From: an uncultured Candidatus Saccharibacteria bacterium
GTDB taxonomy: Bacteria > Patescibacteriota > Minisyncoccia > UBA6257 > GWB1-50-10
NCBI GenBank assembly: GCA_964495575.1
Contig: CAZBVS010000002.1
Span: forward strand, 1-51,374
Length of the DNA stretch: 51,374 nucleotides
Direction of reading: 5' to 3'
Below the pieces are notes generated by a model, which was given only the letters and a program-made list of their open reading frames with translations, had not been told where the DNA came from and did no database searches. Position numbers and translations under genes: made by a program. Below, in pieces: positions 1 to 10,533 of this stretch (its first letter is position 1; each line of letters starts with the position of its first letter).

Positions 1-83
1 GCAATCATACTGGCTATACTGGATTGAATACTACCGATTACTGAATTAACAAATTCACCAAAAGTAGCCGTTCCTTCCATCAT
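1..83 (-). CDS. possible 5' end of a CDS running off the left edge (MMEGTATFGEFVNSVIGSIQSSIASMI...)
   Basis: Reverse-strand ATG-ATG at 83/80 opens a frame with no stop down to position 1. Only about 27 codons are visible and no domain is recognisable. Confidence 0.25.
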   Translation of the reverse strand, partial: MMEGTATFGEFVNSVIGSIQSSIASMI

Positions 84-574
84 GCGCTGCAAACCTTGCT
101 CAAAAGAATCAGCCAAATTATAATACCCAAAATAAATCTCAGAAAAACTCTAATCCAGCTTTTGAAAATCAAGCTCCCGTAAAACCACAACAGCAGCAAA
201 CTCAACCAAACCAAAACCAATCTCAAAACCAAAAACCAAATAAACCTCCCGTCATCAAAAGAGGCAACAAACAAAAACCTCCTGTATACTATCCTCCCGG
301 ACAAAAAAACAAACAGAATAATCAACAATCTCAACCCCAGAATCAGCCTGCACCTAACCCCCCTAAACAAGATCAAACTACTCAGCAAAATAATCAACAA
401 CAACGCCCTCAACCTAATACCCAACAACAGACTGAACCAGCACCGTTTAAAGTTGATTTTGAAGAAAAAACTCCTAATCAATCTCAATCATCAACAACTC
501 CTCAACCTCAAAATCAAGAACCTAAACAACCTCAAGAAGAAACTTCTCAACCTCAAACTCCTCCTCAAGAAGAT
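68..574 (+). other. Gln/Pro/Asn/Lys-rich low-complexity reading frame continuous with parB (possible N-terminal extension)
   Basis: Same frame as parB, open from the TAG at 65-67. A/C-rich strand made of CAA/CCT/AAT/AAA codons. The stop triplets I checked fall in one alternative frame only. No ATG/GTG/TTG in frame. Confidence 0.45.
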
Positions 575-1405
575 CTGACCGAGAAAAAAGATGAAAACCA
601 AGCAATATTCCAAATAGAGGTAGACAAAATAAAACCTAACCCCTTTCAACCAAGAAAGGAGTATGATCCTCAAGGATTAAAGGAACTTGCTCAATCAATC
701 AGAGAGGTTGGTATTATCCAACCTTTAGTTGTTTCACGAATAGAGGAGGAAGTAGAGAACGGAACTAAGGTTCATTATCAATTAATCTCTGGAGAAAGAC
801 GTCTTCGAGCTTCTAAAATGATCGGTCTTAAAACAGTTCCTGCGGTAGTAAGGAGAGAAGAGGTAAAACAGGATAAACTGTCTATGGCTCTTATTGAAAA
901 TATTCAACGTTCTGATCTAAACCCTATAGAAACTGCCCGCGCTTACTCCCGACTTCAAGATGAGTTTAGCCTTACCCAAAGAGAGATAGCTACCAGGGTA
1001 GGGAAGAGCCGAGAATCAGTATCCAATACCTTAAGACTCTTGAATCTTCCTACCGATATCCAAAACGCTCTTTCTCAAGGAAAATTAAATGAGTCTCAAG
1101 CTCGAATCTTATTATCTATAAAAAACCCAAGTCTTCGAGATGAACTTTTTAACGAACTATTAAAAAGAGATATAAGCACTAGAAAATTAAGAACCTTAGC
1201 TAAGGGTAGAAAGAAGAGAAGATCAAGGAGTAACTCAACTAATTCTAGTCAACAAGAAAATTTCTGGGCCAAACAAATTGAAGATACGTTAGGTATTCCT
1301 GTATCTATAAATAATAGTGGAAAAGAAAAGCGTCTTACCTTTAAACTCCACACCCAAGAAGAATGGGATACTTTAATGAAAAGACTTATTGATCAAGAAG
1401 ATTAA
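575..1405 (+). CDS. parB: ParB/Spo0J chromosome partitioning protein; start codon unresolved (the ORF-track ATG at 818 would truncate the conserved N-terminal domain)
   Basis: In-frame translation upstream of 818 reads AIFQIEVDKIKPNPFQPRKEY..GIIQPLVV..YQLISGERRLRASK (ParB N-domain, GERRxRA box). It is followed by the HTH segment LTQREIATRVGKSRESVSNTLRLL. Position 575 is an in-frame CTG just before the domain. The stop overlaps the rel stop (TTAA at 1402-1405). Confidence 0.85.
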   Translation: MTEKKDENQAIFQIEVDKIKPNPFQPRKEYDPQGLKELAQSIREVGIIQPLVVSRIEEEVENGTKVHYQLISGERRLRASKMIGLKTVPAVVRREEVKQDKLSMALIENIQRSDLNPIETARAYSRLQDEFSLTQREIATRVGKSRESVSNTLRLLNLPTDIQNALSQGKLNESQARILLSIKNPSLRDELFNELLKRDISTRKLRTLAKGRKKRRSRSNSTNSSQQENFWAKQIEDTLGIPVSINNSGKEKRLTFKLHTQEEWDTLMKRLIDQED

Positions 1406-3120
1406 CGATCAAATTTATAAGAAACTTTTTTCACTCCGGCTATTTTTTTTAGCTTCACCAATACATTCTCCAACTTTCTCCCTTTTATCTCCTCGCATAT
1501 TAATCTGATCCTTGCAAAGGATCCTTTATTTTTTCTATAAAAATCACTACTTTCTATATCAACGTTTAAATTAGAAAGTGTGTTAACTACGTCTTTCAAT
1601 ATCTGAGACCGATTTTCTACCGTCATATTCATTCTTATCTTTGGCTTTGTATGTTTTTTCTTAAACAGAATACCCTTTTTCTTTAATGCGTTTTTAATCT
1701 TTGACTTTGCTATTGATGTCTTCACGAACTCCAACCATGACTTTGATGGTTTTTTACCTTTCTGAGTTAATATCTCAACCACATCTCCGGAACGAAGTTT
1801 ATAATCTAAAGAAACAATCTCTCCGTTCACCTTAGCCCCGGTACATTGATTACCTACCTCTGTATGAATACGGTACGCAAAATCTACCGGAGTAGAACCA
1901 TCCGGAAGATCTATTACATCCTGTTCCGGAGTGACAATAAATATTCTATCCTTGAAAAAATCAACCTTTAAAGAGTTGATAAACTCATCAGGATCCTTAA
2001 AATTCTCCTGCCAGTTTCTTAACTGTTCTACCCAATTGATATCCTTTTCATCAGCTTTCCATTTTGTTTTTCCCTTTTTAAATTTCTTCCGATCTCTGGC
2101 TTGTTGATATGCCCAGTGAGCAGTCGCTCCCATCTCCGCCTCTTCATGCATCTTCTGAGTTCTTATCTGAATCTCTGTTATCTTATCATCGACACAGAAT
2201 ACAGTAGTGTGAAGACTGCGGTATCCATTGGGTTTAGGCATCGCGATGTAATCTTTGATTCTTCCGGGCATCGGAAGCCAATTTTTATGAATAACTCCTA
2301 AGGCTGAATAACAATCTTCTATAGAATCAACAATTATCCTCAAAGCTACCAAATCATGAATCTTATCAAACTGCATGTCATACCGTTGAAGTTTCTGGAA
2401 AAGACTGTAATAACGTTTTGCTCTTGCATCTACCTTGATAGGTTTGATTCCTTCTTCCTTAAGTTTTTTTCTTAAGATAGGTTTAACCTTCTTGGCGTAC
2501 TTTTTTCGTTCTTCATATTTTTCCTCTGTTTGATCAATAACCCACTTATACTTCTCAGGGTAGAGATACGAAAAGGCTAAATCTTCTAATCTCCCGCTTA
2601 GTTTCTGCATTCCTAATCGATAAGCTAGGGTGGCATAAATATCAATGGTCTCCGCTGCTATTCTTTTCTGACTTTTTTCATCCAGACTTTCCAAAGTTTT
2701 TATATTATGCAGCCGATCAGCAAGCTTAATAAATATAACTCTAAGATCCTGACTGGTAGCCACAATCAACTTTCTCATATTTTCTGATTTTTTCTTATCT
2801 GGATTATCCTTATCCGGATCGTACTTTATTCTTTTCAACTTAGTAACTCCGTCTACCAAAAAAGAAATTTCCTCACCAAACTCTTCCTCTATATCTTCAA
2901 CAGTATGCCCCGTATCTTCTACCACATCGTGTAATAAAGCAGCGGCTGTTGTTGCATCATCAAACTCCCATTCATCAATGGTTTTTGCTACTGACAAAGG
3001 ATGTTCAATATATGGCATACCGCTTTTCCTCTTTGTCCCTTCATGAGCTTTCTTAGCAAACTTATACGCCTTCCAAACAACACTACCCTTTTTAAATTTT
3101 TTAAGCCATTTATCGGTCAT
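1402..3120 (-). CDS. rel: bifunctional (p)ppGpp synthetase/hydrolase, RelA/SpoT family
   Basis: HD hydrolase motif LLHDVVEDT. Synthetase-domain segment NGYRSLHTTV. TGS domain (VIDLPDGSTPVDFAYRIHTEVG..GAKVNG). C-terminal ACT-like region. 572 aa. Confidence 0.9.
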   Translation of the reverse strand: MTDKWLKKFKKGSVVWKAYKFAKKAHEGTKRKSGMPYIEHPLSVAKTIDEWEFDDATTAAALLHDVVEDTGHTVEDIEEEFGEEISFLVDGVTKLKRIKYDPDKDNPDKKKSENMRKLIVATSQDLRVIFIKLADRLHNIKTLESLDEKSQKRIAAETIDIYATLAYRLGMQKLSGRLEDLAFSYLYPEKYKWVIDQTEEKYEERKKYAKKVKPILRKKLKEEGIKPIKVDARAKRYYSLFQKLQRYDMQFDKIHDLVALRIIVDSIEDCYSALGVIHKNWLPMPGRIKDYIAMPKPNGYRSLHTTVFCVDDKITEIQIRTQKMHEEAEMGATAHWAYQQARDRKKFKKGKTKWKADEKDINWVEQLRNWQENFKDPDEFINSLKVDFFKDRIFIVTPEQDVIDLPDGSTPVDFAYRIHTEVGNQCTGAKVNGEIVSLDYKLRSGDVVEILTQKGKKPSKSWLEFVKTSIAKSKIKNALKKKGILFKKKHTKPKIRMNMTVENRSQILKDVVNTLSNLNVDIESSDFYRKNKGSFARIRLICEEIKGRKLENVLVKLKKIAGVKKVSYKFDR

Positions 3121-3176
3121 ATATATTCATCATTCAACAATTATCACCAATTTTCAACTCTAAATGATAAAAATAC

Positions 3177-3205
3177 TTGACACCAAACATCCTATGCATA
3201 ATACT
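3177..3205 (+). promoter_or_regulatory. sigma70-type promoter of groES-groEL
   Basis: TTGACA at 3177-3182, then a -10-like TAATAC(T) about 16-17 nt downstream (3199-3205). Lies just upstream of the CIRCE element. Confidence 0.5.
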
Positions 3206-3219
3206 TTTATATGAAATAA

Positions 3220-3246
3220 TTAGCAGTAAAAGGTCGTAAGTGCTAA
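3220..3246 (+). promoter_or_regulatory. CIRCE (HrcA operator) inverted repeat
   Basis: TTAGCAGTA-N9-AAGTGCTAA versus the consensus TTAGCACTC-N9-GAGTGCTAA (7/9 and 8/9). Located 22 nt upstream of the groES ATG. Confidence 0.65.
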
Positions 3247-3268
3247 TAACGTTTAAAAATAAAAAAAT

Positions 3269-3562
3269 ATGAATCTAAAACCATTAGGAAACAGGGTTTT
3301 AGTTGAAGAAGTTAAAAAAGAAGAAAAAACGGATTCCGGTATTATCCTCCCGGATACCGCTGAGAAGGAAGGACCTGTCCGAGGTAAGGTAGTTGCCGTC
3401 GGTGAAGGACTTCCTAATAAAGAAGGGGATAGAATCTCTTTATCTGTAAAGGTCGGAGATAAAGTTTTATTCAAAAAAGGTTATGGCGTTGATGAGATAA
3501 AGCTTGATGGTCAAGACTATCTCATTATGAAAGAAGACGACATAATCGGAATCATTAAATAA
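3269..3562 (+). CDS. groES: co-chaperonin GroES
   Basis: 97 aa. [31 protein letters not shown] is the typical Cpn10 pattern. Immediately upstream of groEL. Confidence 0.97.
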   Translation: MNLKPLGNRVLVEEVKKEEKTDSGIILPDTAEKEGPVRGKVVAVGEGLPNKEGDRISLSVKVGDKVLFKKGYGVDEIKLDGQDYLIMKEDDIIGIIK

Positions 3563-3571
3563 ATAAAATAA

Positions 3572-5242
<1,671 letters not shown>

Positions 5243-5270
5243 TAAGCATCTCCTCAAAATACCTAACAAA

Positions 5271-5296
5271 ACAGCCCCAAAACCGGGGCTGTTTTG
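5271..5296 (+). terminator. intrinsic terminator after groEL
   Basis: Stem ACAGCCCC / GGGGCTGT with a 6-nt loop, followed by TTTT. Confidence 0.7.
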
Positions 5297-5367
5297 CAAT
5301 TTATTCAATTTAAAAGTTTAATTAAGATAGATCCTTTTAAAACACATAAAAGAGTTAGGAGAGAAAA

Positions 5368-5871
5368 ATGATGCCCATATCGATATTAGTTGCTATCTCA
5401 GAAAGTGGGTTAATCGCAGAAAAAAGGGGAGTCCCATGGGAAATAATAGAAAACCCAAGAAGGTATCACAAAATTACAAATGAGAATCCCGTTATCATAG
5501 ACTACAAAACTTACAAAGCTCTAGGGAACCCTTTACCAAACAAAATTAACCTTGTCTTAAAAAGAAGTGTTCAACGATACCCTAAAAGCACTATCATGTG
5601 CAACTCTCTTAGGACAGCCATTAAGAAAGCTAACGAAAAAGCCACCAAAGAATCAAAAGAAATAATGGTAATCGGTGGAAAAAGAATTTATAAAAAGTTT
5701 CTCCCGAAAGCTGATTTTTTATATATCACTACAATCCACGGATTATTTGGGGGCAATGAATATTTTCCTATCAAGAAAATTAGGAAAAGCAAGAAATGGA
5801 AGAAAATGATTGAATTAAATAAAAGAGATTATTCTTTTGAACTTTTCAAAAGAATGAAAAAGCCCTCATGA
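5368..5871 (+). CDS. folA: dihydrofolate reductase-like protein
   Basis: 167 aa. The layout aligns by eye with E. coli FolA (GVPW.., IIDYKTYKALG vs IMGRHTWESIG, VIGGKRIYKKFLPKA vs VIGGGRVYEQFLPKA). AGGAG Shine-Dalgarno upstream. Confidence 0.7.
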   Translation: MMPISILVAISESGLIAEKRGVPWEIIENPRRYHKITNENPVIIDYKTYKALGNPLPNKINLVLKRSVQRYPKSTIMCNSLRTAIKKANEKATKESKEIMVIGGKRIYKKFLPKADFLYITTIHGLFGGNEYFPIKKIRKSKKWKKMIELNKRDYSFELFKRMKKPS

Positions 5872-5891
5872 ATATTACTATTCACGAGGGC
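5862..5891. terminator. hairpin between the convergent folA-like and topA genes
   Basis: GCCCTCATG ... CACGAGGGC stem with one mismatch. It overlaps the folA-like stop codon and has T-rich flanks. Confidence 0.5.
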
Positions 5892-5910
5892 TATTCTTTA
5901 CAAAATAATA

Positions 5911-7944
5911 TTATTCCTCATTAACTCCTTCCTTCTGAGCTTTTTCTAAGGCTTTTTTATCCCATTTTGCAAAATCACAATCAGGGTACCTATCACACCC
6001 AAAGAAAAACTTTCCTTTCTTAGTTCTTTTTTTAACAACCGTTCCTTTTTTACACTTTGGACACTTTCCAAAAGTATTATTCTCACTCTCTAAAGGTTTG
6101 GTATTCTTACATTCTGGGAAACCAGAACAAGCTAAGAATTTTCCATACCTACTTTGTTTAATAACCATAGGTTTACCACATTTATCACACTTTTCATCCG
6201 TTTCTTCTGGTTCTCCAACAGTATCTTCTTTTGAGACTTCTTCATACTTTTTCTCAAGATTCTCTTCAAAAGGAATATAGAACTCTTTTATAACTCTTCG
6301 CCAATCTTTGTTTCCTTCCGCAATGCTATCTAAATCATCCTCCATATCGGCAGTGAAGTGAACATCTACAATATCCGGGAAGTGTTCCTTAAGAATCTTG
6401 GTTACTAAATCACCCATCTCTGTAGCGTGAAACCTTCTATTGCTATCAACTTCTACATAATTTCTGTATTTTATTACAGAAATTATCGAAGCATAGGTTG
6501 AAGGACGTCCAATCCCATTTTTCTCTAATGTTTTTACTAAACTAGCTTCGTTATATCGAGGTGGGGGAGAGGTTTCATGTTCCTCAGCCTCTGCCTCCTT
6601 CAAGTGAACTGTATCTTTCTTATTCAAATCAGGTATTTCCTTTTCTTCATATTTTTGATTCCACACCTTCATATATCCATCAAACTTCAAAACTTGGCCA
6701 TTGGATCTCAAAAGATATTTATTCTCACCTGATTTATTTTTAATATCAAGTTTGGTTTTTTCAAAAACAGCTGGGGGCATCTGAGAGGCAATAAATCTAT
6801 CTTTTATCAGGTTAAATAGTTTAAGCTCCTTCTTTTCAAGCTTTGAATCATCAATCTTTAGTTTAGTGGGTCGGATAGCTTCATGAGCTTCCTGAGCCAT
6901 TTTTGATTTTGTTTTAAACTGTCTTGGTTTATTCAAACTGTACTTATCACCATACTTATCATCAATCCAACCCTTAGCCATCGCTAAAGCTCCTTTAGAA
7001 AGGTTTACAGAATCAGTTCGCATGTATGTAATTAAACCTTTTTCATATAGTCTTTGAGCAAACATCATTGTTTGCTTTGCGGAGAAGTAAAGTCTTCTAC
7101 TTGCTACCTGTTGGAGAGTGCTGGTAATAAAGGGAGGTTTAGGATATTTCTTTTTATCCTTCTTTTCTAAGCTGTCTACAACCAACTCTGATGCTTGAAT
7201 ATCAGAAACCATCTTACCAGCCTTTTCTTTTTTCATAATCCCTGGCTTTGGGAAAGAATCACCGTTTATCTTCAAAAGAGAAGCGTCAAACTCAATATCT
7301 TTTTCTTTAAACAAAGCTTCAATAGTCCAGTATTTTTCTGGTTCAAACTCCTCAATCTCATGCTCTCTATCAACAATCAATCGTAAAGCAACTGACTGAA
7401 CCCTTCCTGCAGAAAGATGGTTAGCCACCTTCTTCCAAAGAAAAGGAGAAAGTTTATACCCTACTAATCTATCCAAAATTCTTCTTGCTTGTTGAGCATC
7501 AACAAGATTCATTTTAATATCTCTCGGATTTTCTAAAGCTTCTTCAATTGCTTCTTCTGTAATTTCGTGAAACGCAATTCTATGAATCTCTTTGTCATCA
7601 TCAATCTTTAATCTCTTGCTGTGAGCTTCATCACCATCTAAACCAAAGGTTTTGATAATGTGCCAGGCAATTGCTTCCCCTTCCCGATCTTCATCAGTAG
7701 CTAAGATTAATTCATCTGATTTTTCAATTGATTTCTTTAAGCTGGTTACTTTTTTTCTAACTTTGGTAGGAACTACATACTTAGGATCAAAATTATGTTC
7801 TGTGTCCACTCCTATAGAGCCTTTAGGGAGATCCCTAACATGTCCATAAGATGAAACTACTTTATAACCATTTCCTAAAAATTTGTTTATTGTTTTAGCC
7901 TTTGTGGGAGACTCTACAACAACTAATTTTTTTTCTTTAGCCAT
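5911..7944 (-). CDS. topA: DNA topoisomerase I
   Basis: 677 aa. TOPRIM segment LILATDEDREGEAIAWH. Active-site region ITYMRTDS. Two or three C-terminal Cys4 zinc ribbons (CDKCGKPM..CSGFPEC, CPKCKKG..CDRYPDC). Confidence 0.97.
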   Translation of the reverse strand: MAKEKKLVVVESPTKAKTINKFLGNGYKVVSSYGHVRDLPKGSIGVDTEHNFDPKYVVPTKVRKKVTSLKKSIEKSDELILATDEDREGEAIAWHIIKTFGLDGDEAHSKRLKIDDDKEIHRIAFHEITEEAIEEALENPRDIKMNLVDAQQARRILDRLVGYKLSPFLWKKVANHLSAGRVQSVALRLIVDREHEIEEFEPEKYWTIEALFKEKDIEFDASLLKINGDSFPKPGIMKKEKAGKMVSDIQASELVVDSLEKKDKKKYPKPPFITSTLQQVASRRLYFSAKQTMMFAQRLYEKGLITYMRTDSVNLSKGALAMAKGWIDDKYGDKYSLNKPRQFKTKSKMAQEAHEAIRPTKLKIDDSKLEKKELKLFNLIKDRFIASQMPPAVFEKTKLDIKNKSGENKYLLRSNGQVLKFDGYMKVWNQKYEEKEIPDLNKKDTVHLKEAEAEEHETSPPPRYNEASLVKTLEKNGIGRPSTYASIISVIKYRNYVEVDSNRRFHATEMGDLVTKILKEHFPDIVDVHFTADMEDDLDSIAEGNKDWRRVIKEFYIPFEENLEKKYEEVSKEDTVGEPEETDEKCDKCGKPMVIKQSRYGKFLACSGFPECKNTKPLESENNTFGKCPKCKKGTVVKKRTKKGKFFFGCDRYPDCDFAKWDKKALEKAQKEGVNEE

Positions 7945-8009
7945 TTTATATTTATTATTTATTATTTAGTTAAAAGAATGAGCTCTAAAAAAGCGTTTGT
8001 CAAATATCT

Positions 8010-8693
8010 TTAAAAATTTAGTTTGTCTTTGTTTAAATATCTATCTAGATCTTCAATTATATCATCCACGTTTCTTACAAGTCTTGCCCCGTCTCTTATC
8101 AACTTATGAGAACCCTCATAATTAGGGTGATCCGCCGGGCCAGGTAAGACAAAAACATCTCTTCCTTGTCTCAAGGCATGGTTGGCTGTGGATAATGTTC
8201 CTGATCTTGCCGGCGCTTCAATTATAACAACCGCTAATGACATACCGCTAATAATTCTATTTCTTTCTAAAAAATAATTAGGTTTAGGAGAAACCCCTTT
8301 TCTATGCTCGGATACTAAACCCCCGTTTTTATTTAAAATACGTTTAGCTAAATTTTTATGTTTCTTGGGATAAACTGAATCTAATCCACCAGCTAATACC
8401 GCGATAGTTTTCCCATTCGTCTCAAGAGCTCCTTTATGAGCTGCTCCATCCACCCCTAAAGCTAAGCCGCTGATAACAGCTATTCCTTGTTTGGATAATC
8501 TAAAACTAATCTCCTGAGCCATTCTTAAACCCTTTTTAGTTGCTTTTCTGGTTCCTACTATAGCTATAGCAGGTTCTTCTTCCTCTAAAAGAGATCCTCG
8601 ATAATAAAGTCTATGAGGGGCATCATCTATTTTCCTTAACAAAGTAGGGAACTGCTGATCCTTTTTATTAACTTTTTTAATGGGAAATCTCAT
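8010..8693 (-). CDS. dprA: DNA processing protein DprA/Smf
   Basis: Rossmann-like DprA core IAIVGTRKAT..VISGLALGVDGAAHKGAL..GGLDSVYP..ARSGTLSTA. The ORF-track start at 8732 is a TTG; I prefer the ATG at 8693 (MRFPIKK). Confidence 0.9.
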   Translation of the reverse strand: MRFPIKKVNKKDQQFPTLLRKIDDAPHRLYYRGSLLEEEEPAIAIVGTRKATKKGLRMAQEISFRLSKQGIAVISGLALGVDGAAHKGALETNGKTIAVLAGGLDSVYPKKHKNLAKRILNKNGGLVSEHRKGVSPKPNYFLERNRIISGMSLAVVIIEAPARSGTLSTANHALRQGRDVFVLPGPADHPNYEGSHKLIRDGARLVRNVDDIIEDLDRYLNKDKLNF

Positions 8694-8735
8694 ACTACTT
8701 ATGATAAAATAAATACAAAGACTTGTCTTCAATTT

Positions 8736-9296
8736 ATGAAAGAAAAATCCATTACGAAAAAAATATTAATCCAAGCAGGTATTGCGGTTGCTATTATTAT
8801 ACCGCTTTTTCTGGGATCGCTATACCTTAGATCTATTATATCAAAAACAACCTCCAGGATTGTTCAATCAAGAAAAGAATTTGCTCAAAAATCTGCTTCA
8901 CTTAGTACTTTGGTAAATCTTCAATCTCAATATAAAAACTTTGGAAGAGATTACCTTCAGGTACTATACAACATAGTTCCTCAAAAAGATGACCTGATTA
9001 ATATATCAAGTCAATTTCAAAGAATCGCTGCAGAACATAATCTAGGTTTTGGATTTTCCTTTTCCGGAGAGCAAGAAGCTTCTCAAAGCCAATTAGGTTA
9101 TATATCATACTCAATAAGAGTCACTGGCAGTAATGACGAAGAAATAAAAAAATTCATTAATGATCTAAACAACTTTCAATATTTGAATAAAGTTGAAAGT
9201 TTAAGTATGAGTAAGGAAAATATCGGAGAAGGAGATAACCAAAGATCAGAAATTGAAGCAACATTAAAAGGAAAGGTATACTTCCGACAAAGTTAA
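8736..9296 (+). CDS. hypothetical membrane-anchored protein: one N-terminal TM helix, a coiled-coil region, then an alpha/beta domain (PilO-like architecture, unverified)
   Basis: 186-aa ORF with an ATG start, divergent from dprA. Hydrophobic segment ILIQAGIAVAIIIPLFLGSLYL. No diagnostic motif. Confidence 0.55.
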   Translation: MKEKSITKKILIQAGIAVAIIIPLFLGSLYLRSIISKTTSRIVQSRKEFAQKSASLSTLVNLQSQYKNFGRDYLQVLYNIVPQKDDLINISSQFQRIAAEHNLGFGFSFSGEQEASQSQLGYISYSIRVTGSNDEEIKKFINDLNNFQYLNKVESLSMSKENIGEGDNQRSEIEATLKGKVYFRQS

Positions 9297-9305
9297 TAAA
9301 TTAAC

Positions 9306-9533
9306 ATGGATAAACTTAAAAAAATACTCACCAAAACAAAATCACGAGAAGCGCTCTTCTTTGTGTTGGCTGCTATTATGATTGCAATATCAGCTTGGTT
9401 TATTTTTTCAAGCTCTATTTTCTTAATCAAAAACCTAAACGATGCTTTTAGTTCAGAACCAACTATTCAAGCTGAACAAATATCATTTGACAAAGAAGGT
9501 TTCCAAAAGTTAAACTTACTTAAAGAAAGATAA
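9306..9533 (+). CDS. small single-pass membrane protein, hypothetical
   Basis: 75 aa, starting 9 nt after the previous stop. TM segment ALFFVLAAIMIAISAWFIFSSSIFLI. Confidence 0.5.
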   Translation: MDKLKKILTKTKSREALFFVLAAIMIAISAWFIFSSSIFLIKNLNDAFSSEPTIQAEQISFDKEGFQKLNLLKER

Positions 9534-9537
9534 ATAA

Positions 9538-9609
9538 GGGCACATAGTTCAGTGGTAGAACGCTATCCTGATAAGATAGAGGTCCCAGGTTCGATCCCTG
9601 GTGTGCCCA
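9538..9609 (+). tRNA. tRNA-Ile (anticodon GAU)
   Basis: 72-nt cloverleaf resolved by hand. Acceptor GGGCACA/TGTGCCC. Anticodon stem CTATC/GATAG with loop CTGATAA. T-arm CCAGG-TTCGATC-CCTGG. CCA not encoded. Confidence 0.95.
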
Positions 9610-9615
9610 CAAAAG

Positions 9616-9648
9616 AACAACTCATACCGTGTGAGTTGTTTTTATTTT
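9616..9648 (+). terminator. intrinsic terminator after tRNA-Ile
   Basis: Stem AACAACTCA / TGAGTTGTT with a 7-nt loop, followed by TTTATTTTT. Confidence 0.75.
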
Positions 9649-9654
9649 TACCTA

Positions 9655-9682
9655 ACAAAAAAAGGAGCTCAAAAAGAGCTCC
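9655..9682 (-). terminator. intrinsic terminator after the coiled-coil lipoprotein gene
   Basis: GGAGCTC-AAAAA-GAGCTCC hairpin. On the minus strand it is followed by a T-run (plus-strand A-run at 9655-9663). Confidence 0.7.
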
Positions 9683-9697
9683 CTTAAACACAATAAA

Positions 9698-10273
9698 TTA
9701 TTTTTTGTACAAAACTACACCTAAAGCGATAGCCAATACAAAAATAACTAAGAAAGAAATATAAGTTGCTAAACGAAACCACTCTGTCTTATCCAGGAAA
9801 GTTTCTAATTTTTCTATCCTCTTTTCATAATACTCTTTCAATCCGTTCCACTCTTTAACTTTATCATTCTTATAACTCATATCCTTTTTCAATACATCTA
9901 TCCGAGACTCTAAATCAAATATCTCCTTTTGTTTCTCATCCAACTTCTGTTGGTAATCCTTTCTTAATCTCAAAAGATCTCCCTGGGCTTTTTCTTTCTT
10001 AGACTTCATTTTTTGATAATCACTTACTGCTTCATCTAAGGCAGCCTTTAAAGAATCTACCTTTAAACCTAACTTCTTTCTCTGGCTAAGTAACTGTTCC
10101 TGTTCTGATCCTAAACTATTAATCTTTTTTTCGGCTTTCTCTATATTCATCTCAAGACTATCAACTTTATTCTTATAATCATCCAAAACAGGTGTCTCTT
10201 TTACCTGTTGTACTGATGAAGCACAACCTAAAATAAATACAGCCAATACAAATAAAACAATAAGTTTCTTCAT
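9698..10273 (-). CDS. coiled-coil lipoprotein with an additional C-terminal TM helix, hypothetical
   Basis: Signal peptide plus lipobox MKKLIVLFVLAVFILGC. Long heptad-like K/E/L-rich middle. C-terminal TM ATYISFLVIFVLAIALGVVLY. GGAGG Shine-Dalgarno upstream. Confidence 0.7.
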   Translation of the reverse strand: MKKLIVLFVLAVFILGCASSVQQVKETPVLDDYKNKVDSLEMNIEKAEKKINSLGSEQEQLLSQRKKLGLKVDSLKAALDEAVSDYQKMKSKKEKAQGDLLRLRKDYQQKLDEKQKEIFDLESRIDVLKKDMSYKNDKVKEWNGLKEYYEKRIEKLETFLDKTEWFRLATYISFLVIFVLAIALGVVLYKK

Positions 10274-10396
10274 AGCTTATACCTCCTTTTATTTAATTAC
10301 CAAGTACTAATCTGATAATAACATTAATTTATAAAAGGTCAACAAAACAGTTTATTTTTTCTCAATTTATGATAGAATAGGTTCTGTAAAAGAGAA

Positions 10397-10470
10397 GGGC
10401 CCGTAGCTCAGCTGGCCAGAGCATCTGTTTTGCATACAGAAGGTCACCGGTTCGACTCCGGTCGGGTCCA
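10397..10470 (+). tRNA. tRNA-Ala (anticodon UGC)
   Basis: 74-nt cloverleaf. Acceptor GGGCCCG/CGGGTCC with the G3:U70 alanine identity pair. Anticodon loop TTTGCAT. T-arm ACCGG-TTCGACT-CCGGT. CCA not encoded. Confidence 0.95.
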
Positions 10471-10533
10471 CACAAAGAAAATGCTTTTTATAAAGTAATT
10501 TAAACCCAAAGACGCCTTTTCCTTTATTTATCA

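Noticed and set aside
80-673. Two minus-strand ORFs (80-487 and 491-673) in the ORF track
   Set aside because: They are antisense to the Q/P/N-rich frame that runs directly into the conserved ParB domain. Their Leu/Arg/Phe-rich translations are the mirror image of CAA/CCT/AAA repeats. Low-complexity DNA keeps several frames open by chance.
730-745. parS-like half-site TGTTTCACG inside parB
   Set aside because: Only the first 9 bases match the 16-bp palindrome TGTTTCACGTGAAACA. The second half (AATAGAG) does not, giving about 10/16 overall and no dyad symmetry.
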